Part shown: piece by piece, positions 29,401 through 36,491 of the stretch
How positions within the stretch are numbered: the first letter of the stretch is position 1
Layout of the letters: each line of letters opens with the position of its first letter
IMG/VR virus record: IMGVR_UViG_3300026085_000003
Coordinates: 1-43,831 of that record
DNA length: 43,831 bases
Origin: a virus
Lineage: Duplodnaviria > Caudoviricetes
Strand: one strand, 5' to 3'
Position numbers and translations under genes: made by a program
Notes under the pieces: generated by a model
What the model saw: only the letters and a program-made list of their open reading frames with translations
What the model was told of the DNA's origin: nothing
The model's database searches: none

Positions 29401-29792
29401 CCGTCAACGCCGCCTAGTTGGCTACCAGTGATTGTGTAAACAATTTTTGGAATATAATTTTGACCTGCAACAGTAATAGCAACTGTGTATCTATCTGCAA
29501 GTCTTGTAACTGTAAATTTTAAATCAGATCCGTTATTACTAGCAACACCTTCTGGTAATCTAGTTGCTAATGTAAATTCTGCTGTTTGTTGATCAGTTGA
29601 TGTGTATGGTTCTGGATATGTATAATCATATAGATAATCCTTAAAGAATCCGTTTGCATCTGATGTATGTGCTTCAATACAGAAATATACTCTACCACCT
29701 GATACCACAATGTCATCAAGTTTATATGTGGTACTTGTTGACCAAGTCCCTTTGTAAGAATACGTAAATCGATCTAGTTTAAATTCAGCCAT
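23409..29792 (-). CDS. Giant multidomain tail fibre/baseplate protein, 2127 aa
   Basis: Same MAEFKL.R start, CBM-like repeats, beta-helix, Asp-box propeller and C-terminal block as the 2264-aa paralog. Also two cupredoxin-like modules (YTF...D...HP...ST..G....LY(Y/F).C..H..M). Confidence 0.8.
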   Translation of the reverse strand: MAEFKLDRFTYSYKGTWSTSTTYKLDDIVVSGGRVYFCIEAHTSDANGFFKDYLYDYTYPEPYTSTDQQTAEFTLATRLPEGVASNNGSDLKFTVTRLADRYTVAITVAGQNYIPKIVYTITGSQLGGVDGVNDARVTIETVDPQGAVLQLSVTGTVAKTKWDLMSEGYRWRGAWRPSTGGTSIAITNIQNLEPPIVTTTAAHNLSSGQTVVISDVNGTTQYNGNTYYISRRSDNEFSLYADADLTTPVDAVNFDPYISGGNATPPYTAQEYILNDLVHRGGVVYRCVQGHTALTDGSFGFERRAAYWTNHVRGSQWRGDWVAENSYIVGDLVRYNGVLYRCRIHHDSDLADLGLEEKGLGYWDVVHKTDWWANAWQTSTHYRENDVVRYGGVTYRCLVSHMSAADEVYVDDQNPGGLENDLVNWEIIIDGIQYRSEWALGVRYYRGDLVTHGQGVYRCSVTHTSEGSFDTNKFDDYIPGIGFDNAWDSGITYQPGDVVVHGGYSYKAIQFSQGVNPSTDETTWEILGKWYNHRGDWNYPIDYKIGDVIRDSGYLYQATRDHQSLVNNGPDASDQSTVYSVGVRNYNGLQKYYIDNARTPNLAFTKGATYTFEQNDISNNDHPLYLSTVANGILATPAGEPYENGIEVIYMLDGRIIPTLAEYNAGFNSAGTRSVTYHIPDDAPGTLYYACYNHANMAETDGLMATVTVTGNTNWKLLSVGQYLKGRWLQENEDSSARVYKLGDIVEWAGTSYQCIKRHAATTINSRPDIDLSKPLNEFWAYFIKGIQTNVLAELGDIKSYSQGTNERITIGDLGTVLKTLPKATDSTETIHPAWALLGSIPKVYYVSPDGIDALDKGASENNPFKTIKYAMDYILADQGARAPATVFVKTGEYKEILPISIPANVALVGDELRSTRIMPASGYETSNMFYVRNGCGIRNVTLQGLTGGLGAVNAFGTRRPTGGAFVSLDPGTGPDDTSVWITSRSTYVQNVTTIGTGCVGCKIDGNLHDGGNKSIVSNDFTQVISDGIGVWCTNLGLTELVSVFTYYCHIGYLSETGGKIRATNGNNSYGDFGSVAEGYDISETPITAVINNRSGEAEVGTVYTDQDNEIVLFGYTHAGEHYTNAAVQSYSGTGSDLVTEYLEFRDGALKEVRIMDPGDSSTAGGADYTVVQGLAQGGTTTSITLSQTDTEEDSTAGYTGKLIRIIAGSGVGQYGIVDTYDPSTKIATVRKISNGQDGWDHLISGTPIVDPILDTAYYQIQPLVEFSKPPYSASTTNMPEPIDWSDVAYGNNKFVAIAQSEFGTTGTSKYAYSSDGVSWSMGTFPTAPPEIQSSELNWQNIIFAGGRFVAVAQEGISATSTDGLSWSMAEFAEDSTTANKRYVAYGDGYYVIMSDNGLSWWQSTDAQTWTAYDTPMVQTGALTVRGLVWGQGHFIALTNDFDSTVNRIYFKTADGTSWGENFVPLDLSACTQLIFGNNRFVAVDETTDKVFYNVRNGKDTWVEVPGALPSAGNYIIGYGQGIFLAFEKNGSNVAWSEDAITWYSETTPQRNYTSINFGNPNNEGKFLVTSSGNPLSGSGSNTLDIIKKGKGAFAFMEVSNGRAGSFTILDPGSGYTSATPTYQLFETKTVTVGRDGADLGNVFYIDSDETPALALQQGITYTFDLNDPTLLDFPQDSTPGPAHPFLISTTQDGTHGGGVPYHKGVRYLLDGASVTYANYIANFETATDRKLEIEVQFDAPANLYFYCYTHSGMGGTGVLNINESQVLRMTITDPKSTQEPKWDLRLGNGVLPQPSFVNRGTRFRSATATITGDGYADQFQLGANIQVQQLSRLPGPGDNLDIAGIDGVTYKVTKTSNVSGSTGNLSGIISISPPIGIAESPAHQTTIEIRQRYSQVRLTFHDFLDIGTGNFSETDYPERYLAGFVEGADNAPKPFNEVAQADGGRVFYASTDQDGNFRVGELFEVEQARGTVTLNADQFDLQGLTELSLGGVVLGGTGAVINEFSIDPTFAANSDKIVPTQKAIGAYVANRITGGGTSINVNGLVAGVIRIEFQTLTMTTLEEDPTRPIRFLKKMNVQGGVGGTAAALAFFAHGTHIALADDFGGTDETGGQTYGHGFGSADGGVG

Positions 29793-29807
29793 TTTCTCTA
29801 ATTACCT

Positions 29808-30167
29808 TTAATCATTTCCTCTTACCCTATCGTGTGGCATATTCAATCTTGCAATAAATTCGCCATCATCGTTAATGTAATAATTAATTCTTCTTGTGTC
29901 CCATTTGTATTGATCAAAGTTTAAGTTTTTAAAAATCTTGTTGTGATTTACATCGCGACCTTCAAAAAAATCAACACCAACTTGGAACCCATCAAAGTTA
30001 TCGTCAATTGCACCAGGTGTATTAATTTGCACACTATCAGTTTGACTCATTTGATCTAATTCGTATAAAAATAGTTCTCCAGCATCAGTTCTACGTAAAC
30101 CGTAGAAATATCTGGTACCCATACTTTCATTCATATTGTCTGCTGTATTACCAATAAAAGTTGTCAT
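29808..30167 (-). CDS. Hypothetical protein, 119 aa
   Basis: GGAG SD, tight packing in the operon, codon usage like its neighbours. Confidence 0.7.
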   Translation of the reverse strand: MTTFIGNTADNMNESMGTRYFYGLRRTDAGELFLYELDQMSQTDSVQINTPGAIDDNFDGFQVGVDFFEGRDVNHNKIFKNLNFDQYKWDTRRINYYINDDGEFIARLNMPHDRVRGND

Positions 30168-30177
30168 ACTCTACTCC

Positions 30178-30507
30178 TTATACCTGTTCCACGTAACTTA
30201 TAATTACGTCTATTGAATCACCGTAACTGCTTTGTACCGATAGCGAATGATATTCATCTAAAATTAATTTTTCACCACCATTCATTGCACGTAAAGTTGA
30301 ATTAGGTGCAATAGGTGTATCCTTAACGTAATATGCAGTAACACTTCCAGCATCGCCTACTAAAACAGAACCTAACACGGTTGCGTCTAATGTGTTTGTC
30401 ATACTAATACCTAACACAATGTTCTTTTTATTTTGTTCCACTGAAAATACTTCGATAGGTTTTTGACCTACGTCTTTAATTACCGATGTTTTAAATAATG
30501 TTGCCAT
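30178..30507 (-). CDS. Small beta-sandwich virion adaptor-like protein, 109 aa
   Basis: MAT.FK..VLGISMTN..YYVKDTPIAPNSTL..GGEKLIL..S.DVIISYVE; paralog of the other two small adaptor-like proteins. Confidence 0.6.
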   Translation of the reverse strand: MATLFKTSVIKDVGQKPIEVFSVEQNKKNIVLGISMTNTLDATVLGSVLVGDAGSVTAYYVKDTPIAPNSTLRAMNGGEKLILDEYHSLSVQSSYGDSIDVIISYVEQV

Positions 30508-30510
30508 ATC

Positions 30511-33500
30511 TTATCCAAATAACAGTGCCGAAACGATTGATAATTCTTCCGCCTCAGCCAATGTTGCTCCTCCTCCTGAACCAACAACAGAACCCCAAGT
30601 TGCCCCGGTCCATATTTCTAATCTGCCTTGCGTTGTATTATAACGCATTAAACCTGCGGCAAGATTACTAGTTGGTCTTTCGTTAAGTGTACCAGTTGGT
30701 ACCCTAACCCCGTATGTTCCAGCAAAATCCCAATAACCTTCGTCTGTAACATCAAGAGTAGTAACACCGTTGCTATTAGTATTAGTTATCGTATTTGTGC
30801 CGGGATTGAAGTGTAAATCGCCAATAATTAATTTGCCAGTTCCGTTAGGAGCCAGCGTTAAATCCGTGTTTCCAGCCTCTGTGCTAATGATACTTGTATG
30901 AATTCTACCAGTATTAAAGCGTGTTGAGTTTAAATCCGCTTTTAGTACGCCGCCGTTGTAAAATCTAAATGTATCATCATTGGTACCAGGTGTTAATTCT
31001 GCTGTAATAAATGTATCTAAGTTTTGGTCAACAACACCACTTACACTACCACCAACAGCATTCCAGAAACCTTGTGAATATAATTCAAATACATTTGAAC
31101 TTGTATTATATCTAAACATACCGTTAACTGGTGAACCTGGTCTATCAGCAGTTGTACCTGATGGAACTTTAAATGCATTTGTATCTACAAAGTCAACATA
31201 TCCTGTACCGTGTGCAAAAATTTCTAGATTGTCGTTATTTTGATATGTTTGTAATGAGTTGTTAACCAAACGTACCAAGTCAACTTCAAACTGTGTAGCA
31301 CTAAATTTGTCTTTGTCTATTGTTGCAACCAAGTTACCTTGTGCATAAAAATTAATTTCATCTTCGTCAGCACCTAAGGCGCTTTCTAAAACAATTTTTG
31401 TGTCTTTATCTTTGTCAGTGATTTGTGCAATACCACCGGTGATTTCTGCATCACCTGTGATTGTTGTCTTGTTGTCACCAATAGGATCAATAATAATTCC
31501 GCCGGCGGTTGATGAAAAAGTATTTCCAGAAAGTCTTAAATTTCCTGTTTCAATTTTTGTTGGATTAATTATTGAAGTATTAGAACCATCTGTAAATTGT
31601 AATCCTAATGTAGAAGCAATTTCTGTTAAAGGTGCAGTAAATGTTACATCACCTGTTGCTTGATTTACATAAAAAGAATTACCAACTCTGTAATCACCTT
31701 TTGAGTCAACTGATGTAAAGAATACTTTACCTCCATTTGATTCAATAACTTCGTTTGTTTGAATTACATCATCTAAATTATTTGTTAAGTCTGCACCAAC
31801 ACCAATGTAACCAAAGTTTTGAGACATAAGTCTAAGACTTACATCTGGACCGTCCGCAACAACACCTCTAATACCGTAAACACACGCACTACCGTTTGAT
31901 CTCATCTCAGCGGCAAATTCTTGTCTGCTGTATCTTACTATACTTGTTGCTGTTGTTCCTGATGTTCCTGCAAGAATACTTCCACCGTCACCTGGTGTTA
32001 AATCTTGTTCGTTTAAATTATCATATCTACCATCAACATAAATTGTATTACCGTCTGCACTTACACTATCAACCAATAAGTTGTATGTTGATGAAGAGTC
32101 AGTTGAAGTAACTGTAACAGTTTCACCTGGTTGAAAACCTGTACCACTTACACCTGTAAATGTAAACCAAGTTTTACCGTCTCCACCTCGACCATCTGTT
32201 CCGGATACCGCTTTAATACCGTCTGAACAGAAATATGTAAAACAGTTTAGCCATTCAACCCTTACGCCGTTGGTCATAAAGATACCAATTTGATTTGGTG
32301 CAAAGATTGTTACTTCATTACAAAGTAATGCGGCTTCAATTGATGATCTCGAAATATATTGACCATCTGCTTTAATACCTCTACCAGCATCACCTTGTGC
32401 ATAACCATAAGGATCAGTTGCAGAAGTAACACTACCTCTGTTTAAAATTGTAATATTATATAGATATGGTGAACGTAAATTAATTGTTCCTACAACAGGA
32501 TTGAAACTAAATGCGTAACCTCTATCAAGACCTGAATTGTAAAACATATCTTTAACTGTAAGATCCTGTACAACAACTCCTTCGTTTAGATAGAAACAGT
32601 TTTGATCGTTCGTTCCTGCTGTTGGTTTAATTGATGTTGCTCTTAATCCTGCACCAACTACTGTTACACCTGCAGGAATTGTCATAGGAAATACTTCAGT
32701 AAATTCTCCTGCGGCAATTTTAACAATATCTCCAGAAGTTGCAACACTTAAAGCGTGTTTGATTGTTAAGAATGCACTGTCAACACTTGTACCTTCTTCT
32801 GTGTCATCACCGTTAGTAGTAACGTGATATGTATTACCTTCTTCTGTTAATAATAAATTTTCAATTCTAACTTTACCTGTACCATTAGCACGGATAGTTA
32901 AATCTTCGTTAGAGTTAATTGTTTGAATTACATTGTCGCCTAATTGTAGTGTACCAATATTAGCATAGTTTGAATCCAATGACTTCCAACGTTTTGTTGG
33001 TATACCTAATCTGTATTTGTCTGATTCATCAGGATTAATATCACTGATTATCTCACCTTGGATTTGAATGTTGTCTGTGTTTCCATCACCAAGTGTAATG
33101 TTACCACCTGCTGTGATGTTACCTGTGGCATATAAGTTACCGCTAACGTTTGTGTTACCTACTAATTCAATAGTACCTGTGCCGTTTGGACGTAGTTCAA
33201 TAGGCGCATTAGAATCTAATGTCGTAATATAATTGTCATTTAATTCTAATGAGTCTACGTGTATTTTTGAATGATAAATTACTGGGTCATTACCAGCGGG
33301 TGTTAACGCAATAGTTCCTAAACTAGAACGTATTTCGTTTCCTTGAAATTCTAAGTTACCAACCTGAAGAGTACCAGCACTTTGATTAAGTGCTCCTACT
33401 TGTAAATTGTCTGCGTAAATTTTGCCTGCTACTTGGAGATCGTGTGTTGGTGAAGTTGTTTTTATACCAACTCTACCGTTGTTAACATCTAGATATAATA

Positions 33501-33582
33501 AGTCAGTTTCAAAAGCCAAATCCACACCATTACGTATGAGATTTGCCTTAAGCAACGGACCCGAAATACGACCGACGGCCAT
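30511..33582 (-). CDS. Tail fibre-like virion protein, 1023 aa
   Basis: GRVGIKTTSP, repeated L.L.PNGTG.I, beta-helix (VVGAGLRAT), GKVFFTSVD..GDYRVG block shared with the giant fibres, two P.GT...RP....G..RYNT motifs and a hydrophobic C-terminus (LSIVSALLFG). Confidence 0.75.
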   Translation of the reverse strand: MAVGRISGPLLKANLIRNGVDLAFETDLLYLDVNNGRVGIKTTSPTHDLQVAGKIYADNLQVGALNQSAGTLQVGNLEFQGNEIRSSLGTIALTPAGNDPVIYHSKIHVDSLELNDNYITTLDSNAPIELRPNGTGTIELVGNTNVSGNLYATGNITAGGNITLGDGNTDNIQIQGEIISDINPDESDKYRLGIPTKRWKSLDSNYANIGTLQLGDNVIQTINSNEDLTIRANGTGKVRIENLLLTEEGNTYHVTTNGDDTEEGTSVDSAFLTIKHALSVATSGDIVKIAAGEFTEVFPMTIPAGVTVVGAGLRATSIKPTAGTNDQNCFYLNEGVVVQDLTVKDMFYNSGLDRGYAFSFNPVVGTINLRSPYLYNITILNRGSVTSATDPYGYAQGDAGRGIKADGQYISRSSIEAALLCNEVTIFAPNQIGIFMTNGVRVEWLNCFTYFCSDGIKAVSGTDGRGGDGKTWFTFTGVSGTGFQPGETVTVTSTDSSSTYNLLVDSVSADGNTIYVDGRYDNLNEQDLTPGDGGSILAGTSGTTATSIVRYSRQEFAAEMRSNGSACVYGIRGVVADGPDVSLRLMSQNFGYIGVGADLTNNLDDVIQTNEVIESNGGKVFFTSVDSKGDYRVGNSFYVNQATGDVTFTAPLTEIASTLGLQFTDGSNTSIINPTKIETGNLRLSGNTFSSTAGGIIIDPIGDNKTTITGDAEITGGIAQITDKDKDTKIVLESALGADEDEINFYAQGNLVATIDKDKFSATQFEVDLVRLVNNSLQTYQNNDNLEIFAHGTGYVDFVDTNAFKVPSGTTADRPGSPVNGMFRYNTSSNVFELYSQGFWNAVGGSVSGVVDQNLDTFITAELTPGTNDDTFRFYNGGVLKADLNSTRFNTGRIHTSIISTEAGNTDLTLAPNGTGKLIIGDLHFNPGTNTITNTNSNGVTTLDVTDEGYWDFAGTYGVRVPTGTLNERPTSNLAAGLMRYNTTQGRLEIWTGATWGSVVGSGGGATLAEAEELSIVSALLFG

Positions 33583-33695
33583 TGTCTATTCTCCTTTAGC
33601 GGGCATCCTGTGCCTCCAACTACCTTACATAGCGAGTTGACCACTGTTTGTCCTTGCAACTGAAAGGTCGTTTTAATTGCAATTAATGTTATTTA
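33583..33695 (-). promoter_or_regulatory. Late promoter (TAAATA, 33690-33695) with a ~100-nt structured 5' leader
   Basis: TAAATA box, 14-bp palindrome TTAATTGCAATTAA (33673-33686), hairpins CAACU..AGUUG (33617-33639) and GGCA-CAGGA-UGCC (33602-33614), then an AAGGAG SD. Confidence 0.6.
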
Positions 33696-33724
33696 TGCCA
33701 AAGTGAAAAAAGGTTTAAGATAGA

Positions 33725-34198
33725 CTATCTATCGAAGTTATGAATAACTGTTACGTCTTTACCGAAAGGAACAGCAGAATCAAATCTAATTAGTTTACCA
33801 CTACCGCCCTGTATAAGTGTGTAGTTAACACCTGCAATTTGTACAACGTTTTCAACAAGTACAAGTACATTTTCTGCGGCTTTTGGTGTTGGGTTTAATG
33901 GACCAAAGTCAGTGATATTAGCATCGCCTGTACCAAGGTTTTGTACAATAATGTTACCTGCTCTGTCAGTTCTTAATGTTTCCCAGTTGTTGTTTGTGTA
34001 TACTTCTAGGTCGTTAATATCTGTGTTATATCTAATTGTACCATTTAACGGAGTAGAAGGTCTATCATCAGTTGTACCAACAGACACTTGAATACCACCT
34101 CGGCCGCCGCCGAATGATACGTTACCGTTGATATCAACAAAAACTGTTTTATCAACTACAAACTTATTCTTTAAAAATGCCTGTTTAACAAATCGCAT
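33725..34198 (-). CDS. Virion structural protein, 157 aa
   Basis: GTTDDRP...NGTIRYNT motif (shared with the 1023-aa protein) plus VLVENVVQ..Y...F..AVP.GK.VTVIH, a baseplate-wedge-like repeat. Confidence 0.6.
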   Translation of the reverse strand: MRFVKQAFLKNKFVVDKTVFVDINGNVSFGGGRGGIQVSVGTTDDRPSTPLNGTIRYNTDINDLEVYTNNNWETLRTDRAGNIIVQNLGTGDANITDFGPLNPTPKAAENVLVLVENVVQIAGVNYTLIQGGSGKLIRFDSAVPFGKDVTVIHNFDR

Positions 34199-34202
34199 AA
34201 TC

Positions 34203-34550
34203 TTACACCTGGATTGTAGATACCATATAGTTTACTGTCGCTGGTGAAGTAGTTTGTGCTTGAACTCTGTCTCCGTTTTCTAGCACGATTCTTTCAGAAT
34301 CCATAATAAATGTTTCACCTGCTGGTATCTTTACCTGGTGCAAAATTTTGTTTTCATCTGAAAAGGCATCACCGTTTTTAACAATGTGTAAATCTAAAAA
34401 AGTGTCAGCGTCTGTTAACACAGAACCACCACCTGAAATATTATCTGTATCTGCATAGTTACAGAAAATCATAGATGTTACAGCATTATCACCACTGCTG
34501 GTGTATAAAGTTGTTATAGTTGCGTCAATAAATCCGTTCGATATTGCCAT
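34203..34550 (-). CDS. Small beta-sandwich virion adaptor-like protein, 115 aa
   Basis: TTLYTS...AVTSMIFCN..IPAGETF.MD.ERIVLENGD.V; paralog of 16249-16566 and 30178-30507. Confidence 0.6.
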   Translation of the reverse strand: MAISNGFIDATITTLYTSSGDNAVTSMIFCNYADTDNISGGGSVLTDADTFLDLHIVKNGDAFSDENKILHQVKIPAGETFIMDSERIVLENGDRVQAQTTSPATVNYMVSTIQV

Positions 34551-34558
34551 ATTCTTTC

Positions 34559-35500
34559 CTAAAACAGCATACCCATAAGTAATGCTTTTTTCTTACTAAC
34601 AAGTTCATCTCTTGTACTAGATGTATTTACAAAAAATAGACCAGAACCGCCCACATCTTCGGATTGGGCATACAACTTAATTCTGCCACTATCAGCCGCT
34701 GGAGCAGTAGGACTTACAGTTCCTTCAATGGATAATACGTCTCTTACCACCACTTCTGCACTGCCATTTGACTCTAAAAACAGCGAATCACCTGATGTAA
34801 CAGGTCTTATAATAGTACCGTCTAATTCTAAATCACCTAGTATAATTTTTTGATTGTTTATTTCAACCCTTAAAATGCCATCAACTTCAGCAATAACTCT
34901 ACTGTAAGGGTCGCCTGATTGTAAATCCTGTACTTCAACTTTGGTATTATCACTTCTAATAATTGGAATTTGAACACCACCTTGGATAGCATCATCAACA
35001 TATTTTTTATTAACTAGATCATCGTCTGTTAGACCTAATTCATAATCTGTTGTTCCTCTAACACTAATCTTTGCAGTAGGAGCCTTGGTTCCTAATAAAA
35101 TTAAATCATCACCGTTAGTTGAAATATGATGTGTTTGTATTGCTGTTAGATTGTTACCTGTTTTAAAAGTAAAAATACCCTGACCAGCGCCACCATTGGG
35201 TAGTGTGTATGATGCATTTTCTTCCCAAAGTACTGTTGCGTCATCAATAGTACCTCTATCAATTCTAACACCAGCAGTGCCTAGTGTAACACCAGCACCT
35301 GTTTCGCCATCGTTAATAGTGATTTCATTATCTTGAATTACCAACTGTTCTGTGCTTACGTTTGTATTAGTACCTTCAACAATTAAGTTACCTGTAACTC
35401 TTGTTGTACCTGTACGTGTACCCGTAGATAGCGTTATTTCACCGCCAGAAGCAGTTACAATTGAATAATCTCCAGAAAGTTTTAATACGTCTTTAGCCAT
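34559..35500 (-). CDS. Tail fibre-like virion protein, 313 aa
   Basis: VTGNLIVEGT..V......I.DN.I.IN.G..AG..IDRG motif, LVNKKYVD, and C-terminal helix DELVSKKKALLMGMLF. Confidence 0.65.
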   Translation of the reverse strand: MAKDVLKLSGDYSIVTASGGEITLSTGTRTGTTRVTGNLIVEGTNTNVSTEQLVIQDNEITINDGETGAGVTLGTAGVRIDRGTIDDATVLWEENASYTLPNGGAGQGIFTFKTGNNLTAIQTHHISTNGDDLILLGTKAPTAKISVRGTTDYELGLTDDDLVNKKYVDDAIQGGVQIPIIRSDNTKVEVQDLQSGDPYSRVIAEVDGILRVEINNQKIILGDLELDGTIIRPVTSGDSLFLESNGSAEVVVRDVLSIEGTVSPTAPAADSGRIKLYAQSEDVGGSGLFFVNTSSTRDELVSKKKALLMGMLF

Positions 35501-35528
35501 TTGTACAAAGGATCCCTTATAACATACT

Positions 35529-35534
35529 TATTTA
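35529..35534 (-). promoter_or_regulatory. Late promoter box TAAATA
   Basis: Lies immediately downstream of the terminator: ..cttgacTAAATAagt.. Confidence 0.7.
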
Positions 35535-35537
35535 GTC

Positions 35538-35566
35538 AAGAGAAAAGGGCAAAGCGAATTTGCCCT
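35538..35566 (-). terminator. Rho-independent terminator after the 148-aa gene
   Basis: AGGGCAAA-UUCGC-UUUGCCCU stem-loop followed by UUUCUCUU. Confidence 0.8.
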
Positions 35567-35592
35567 CTTCCCGAGTTTTGATAAAACTACGA

Positions 35593-36039
35593 TTATGCGT
35601 TAGCGAAATCGTCGTCATCAACTCCAGCCAAGTCGTCGTCACCAGCCTCTTCAACTTGTGCCGCGCCATCGCTCAAGTTAGCAGTAAAGTTCCAAGCAAC
35701 TGACTTACCGTCATATGCGTTAGATCCTGTGCCATCTGGAGCCTCTAGAGTTGCTTTACGTCCTGAAATTTTAGAAACTTGATAAGTTTCTGAATCGTCC
35801 ATTAACATAGTGATACCCATTTCACCAGCCACTAGTGCTGACATTAGTTTACCAGTTGTTAATGTGCAAGTGTATTCAGTGTCTGAAGCACCAATTTCTG
35901 CTACTACAAACTTCTTGCTACCTTTTTGCTTTACGATGTGACCTTCAACAACTGCTGTGCCGTTGTGGAAATCAACTTTAATTTCATTTCCGCCCGCAGT
36001 CGGTTCGCCGAAGTATCTTTTATTAAGTGGTCTACCCAT
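35593..36039 (-). CDS. Probable abundant virion (head-associated) protein, 148 aa
   Basis: Monocistronic unit (own promoter, strong AAGGAG SD, own terminator) just downstream of the capsid gene; acidic C-terminus. Function not recognised. Confidence 0.55.
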   Translation of the reverse strand: MGRPLNKRYFGEPTAGGNEIKVDFHNGTAVVEGHIVKQKGSKKFVVAEIGASDTEYTCTLTTGKLMSALVAGEMGITMLMDDSETYQVSKISGRKATLEAPDGTGSNAYDGKSVAWNFTANLSDGAAQVEEAGDDDLAGVDDDDFANA

Positions 36040-36060
36040 TTGTTTTCTCCTTTATAAGAA

Positions 36061-36138
36061 GTCCGATCCGGGTTCTATCCGGTACGCAGTGGGTTAATAC
36101 TGCATAAGTCCATCACTTATTGATGGAACATATCTGAC
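36061..36138 (-). ncRNA. Candidate structured cis-regulatory RNA (cloverleaf, 78 nt) in the 5' UTR of the 148-aa gene
   Basis: Closing stem GUCAGAU/AUCGGAC with three internal hairpins: UCCAUCA/UGAUGGA, UAUGCAGU/ACUGCGUA (the G-U pair works only on this strand) and CCGG/CCGG. Confidence 0.55.
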
Positions 36139-36142
36139 AACG

Positions 36143-36148
36143 TATTTA
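36143..36148 (-). promoter_or_regulatory. Late promoter box TAAATA overlapping the upstream stop codon
   Basis: gacTAAATAcgtt. Confidence 0.7.
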
Positions 36149-36421
36149 GTCTACTCTTGTGAATAAGTGTAATAAGTGTGTTTGCGAGAACAATTTTATT
36201 GCTTCGTTTATTTTGTTGGCTTGATCTTGATGCTTTATTGCTAAATGATCGCTAGGACGTCTTCTAATATCTATTTCAATGTCTGAAAGTTTTCTTACTT
36301 CGCTTTGTATTGATGAACAAAATTTTATAATATTAAATTTAAACTCAGGAGCGGTCTTACCTAATTCTCTAAGTTCCTGTTCAATGCCTTGCCAATCCAG
36401 TGATGTCACTAGTTGTTTCAT
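36146..36421 (-). CDS. Hypothetical helical protein, 91 aa
   Basis: Fills the gap after the gp23 terminator; TAAATA box 5 nt before the ATG. Confidence 0.65.
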   Translation of the reverse strand: MKQLVTSLDWQGIEQELRELGKTAPEFKFNIIKFCSSIQSEVRKLSDIEIDIRRRPSDHLAIKHQDQANKINEAIKLFSQTHLLHLFTRVD

Positions 36422-36426
36422 AACTG

Positions 36427-36432
36427 TATTTA
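36427..36432 (-). promoter_or_regulatory. Late promoter box TAAATA (5 nt before ATG)
   Basis: TAAATA-cagtt-ATG; no SD is possible because the terminator is directly upstream. Confidence 0.75.
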
Positions 36433-36436
36433 AGTC

Positions 36437-36467
36437 AAAAAAATAGGGCGACCTAAGCCGCCCTATT
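36437..36467 (-). terminator. Rho-independent terminator after the major capsid gene
   Basis: AAUAGGGCG-(8 nt)-CGCCCUAUU followed by a U-tract. Confidence 0.9.
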
Positions 36468-36491
36468 CTAATTACGTTATCTTCGTATGGA

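Noticed and set aside
29799-29804. TAATTA variants upstream of the starts at 29792 and 41035 as late promoters
   Set aside because: One mismatch in very AT-rich spacers; cannot be distinguished from chance.
36061-36138. Canonical tRNA gene
   Set aside because: Lacks the D-loop GG, 7-nt anticodon loop, TTC and CCA. Kept only as a tRNA-like structure.
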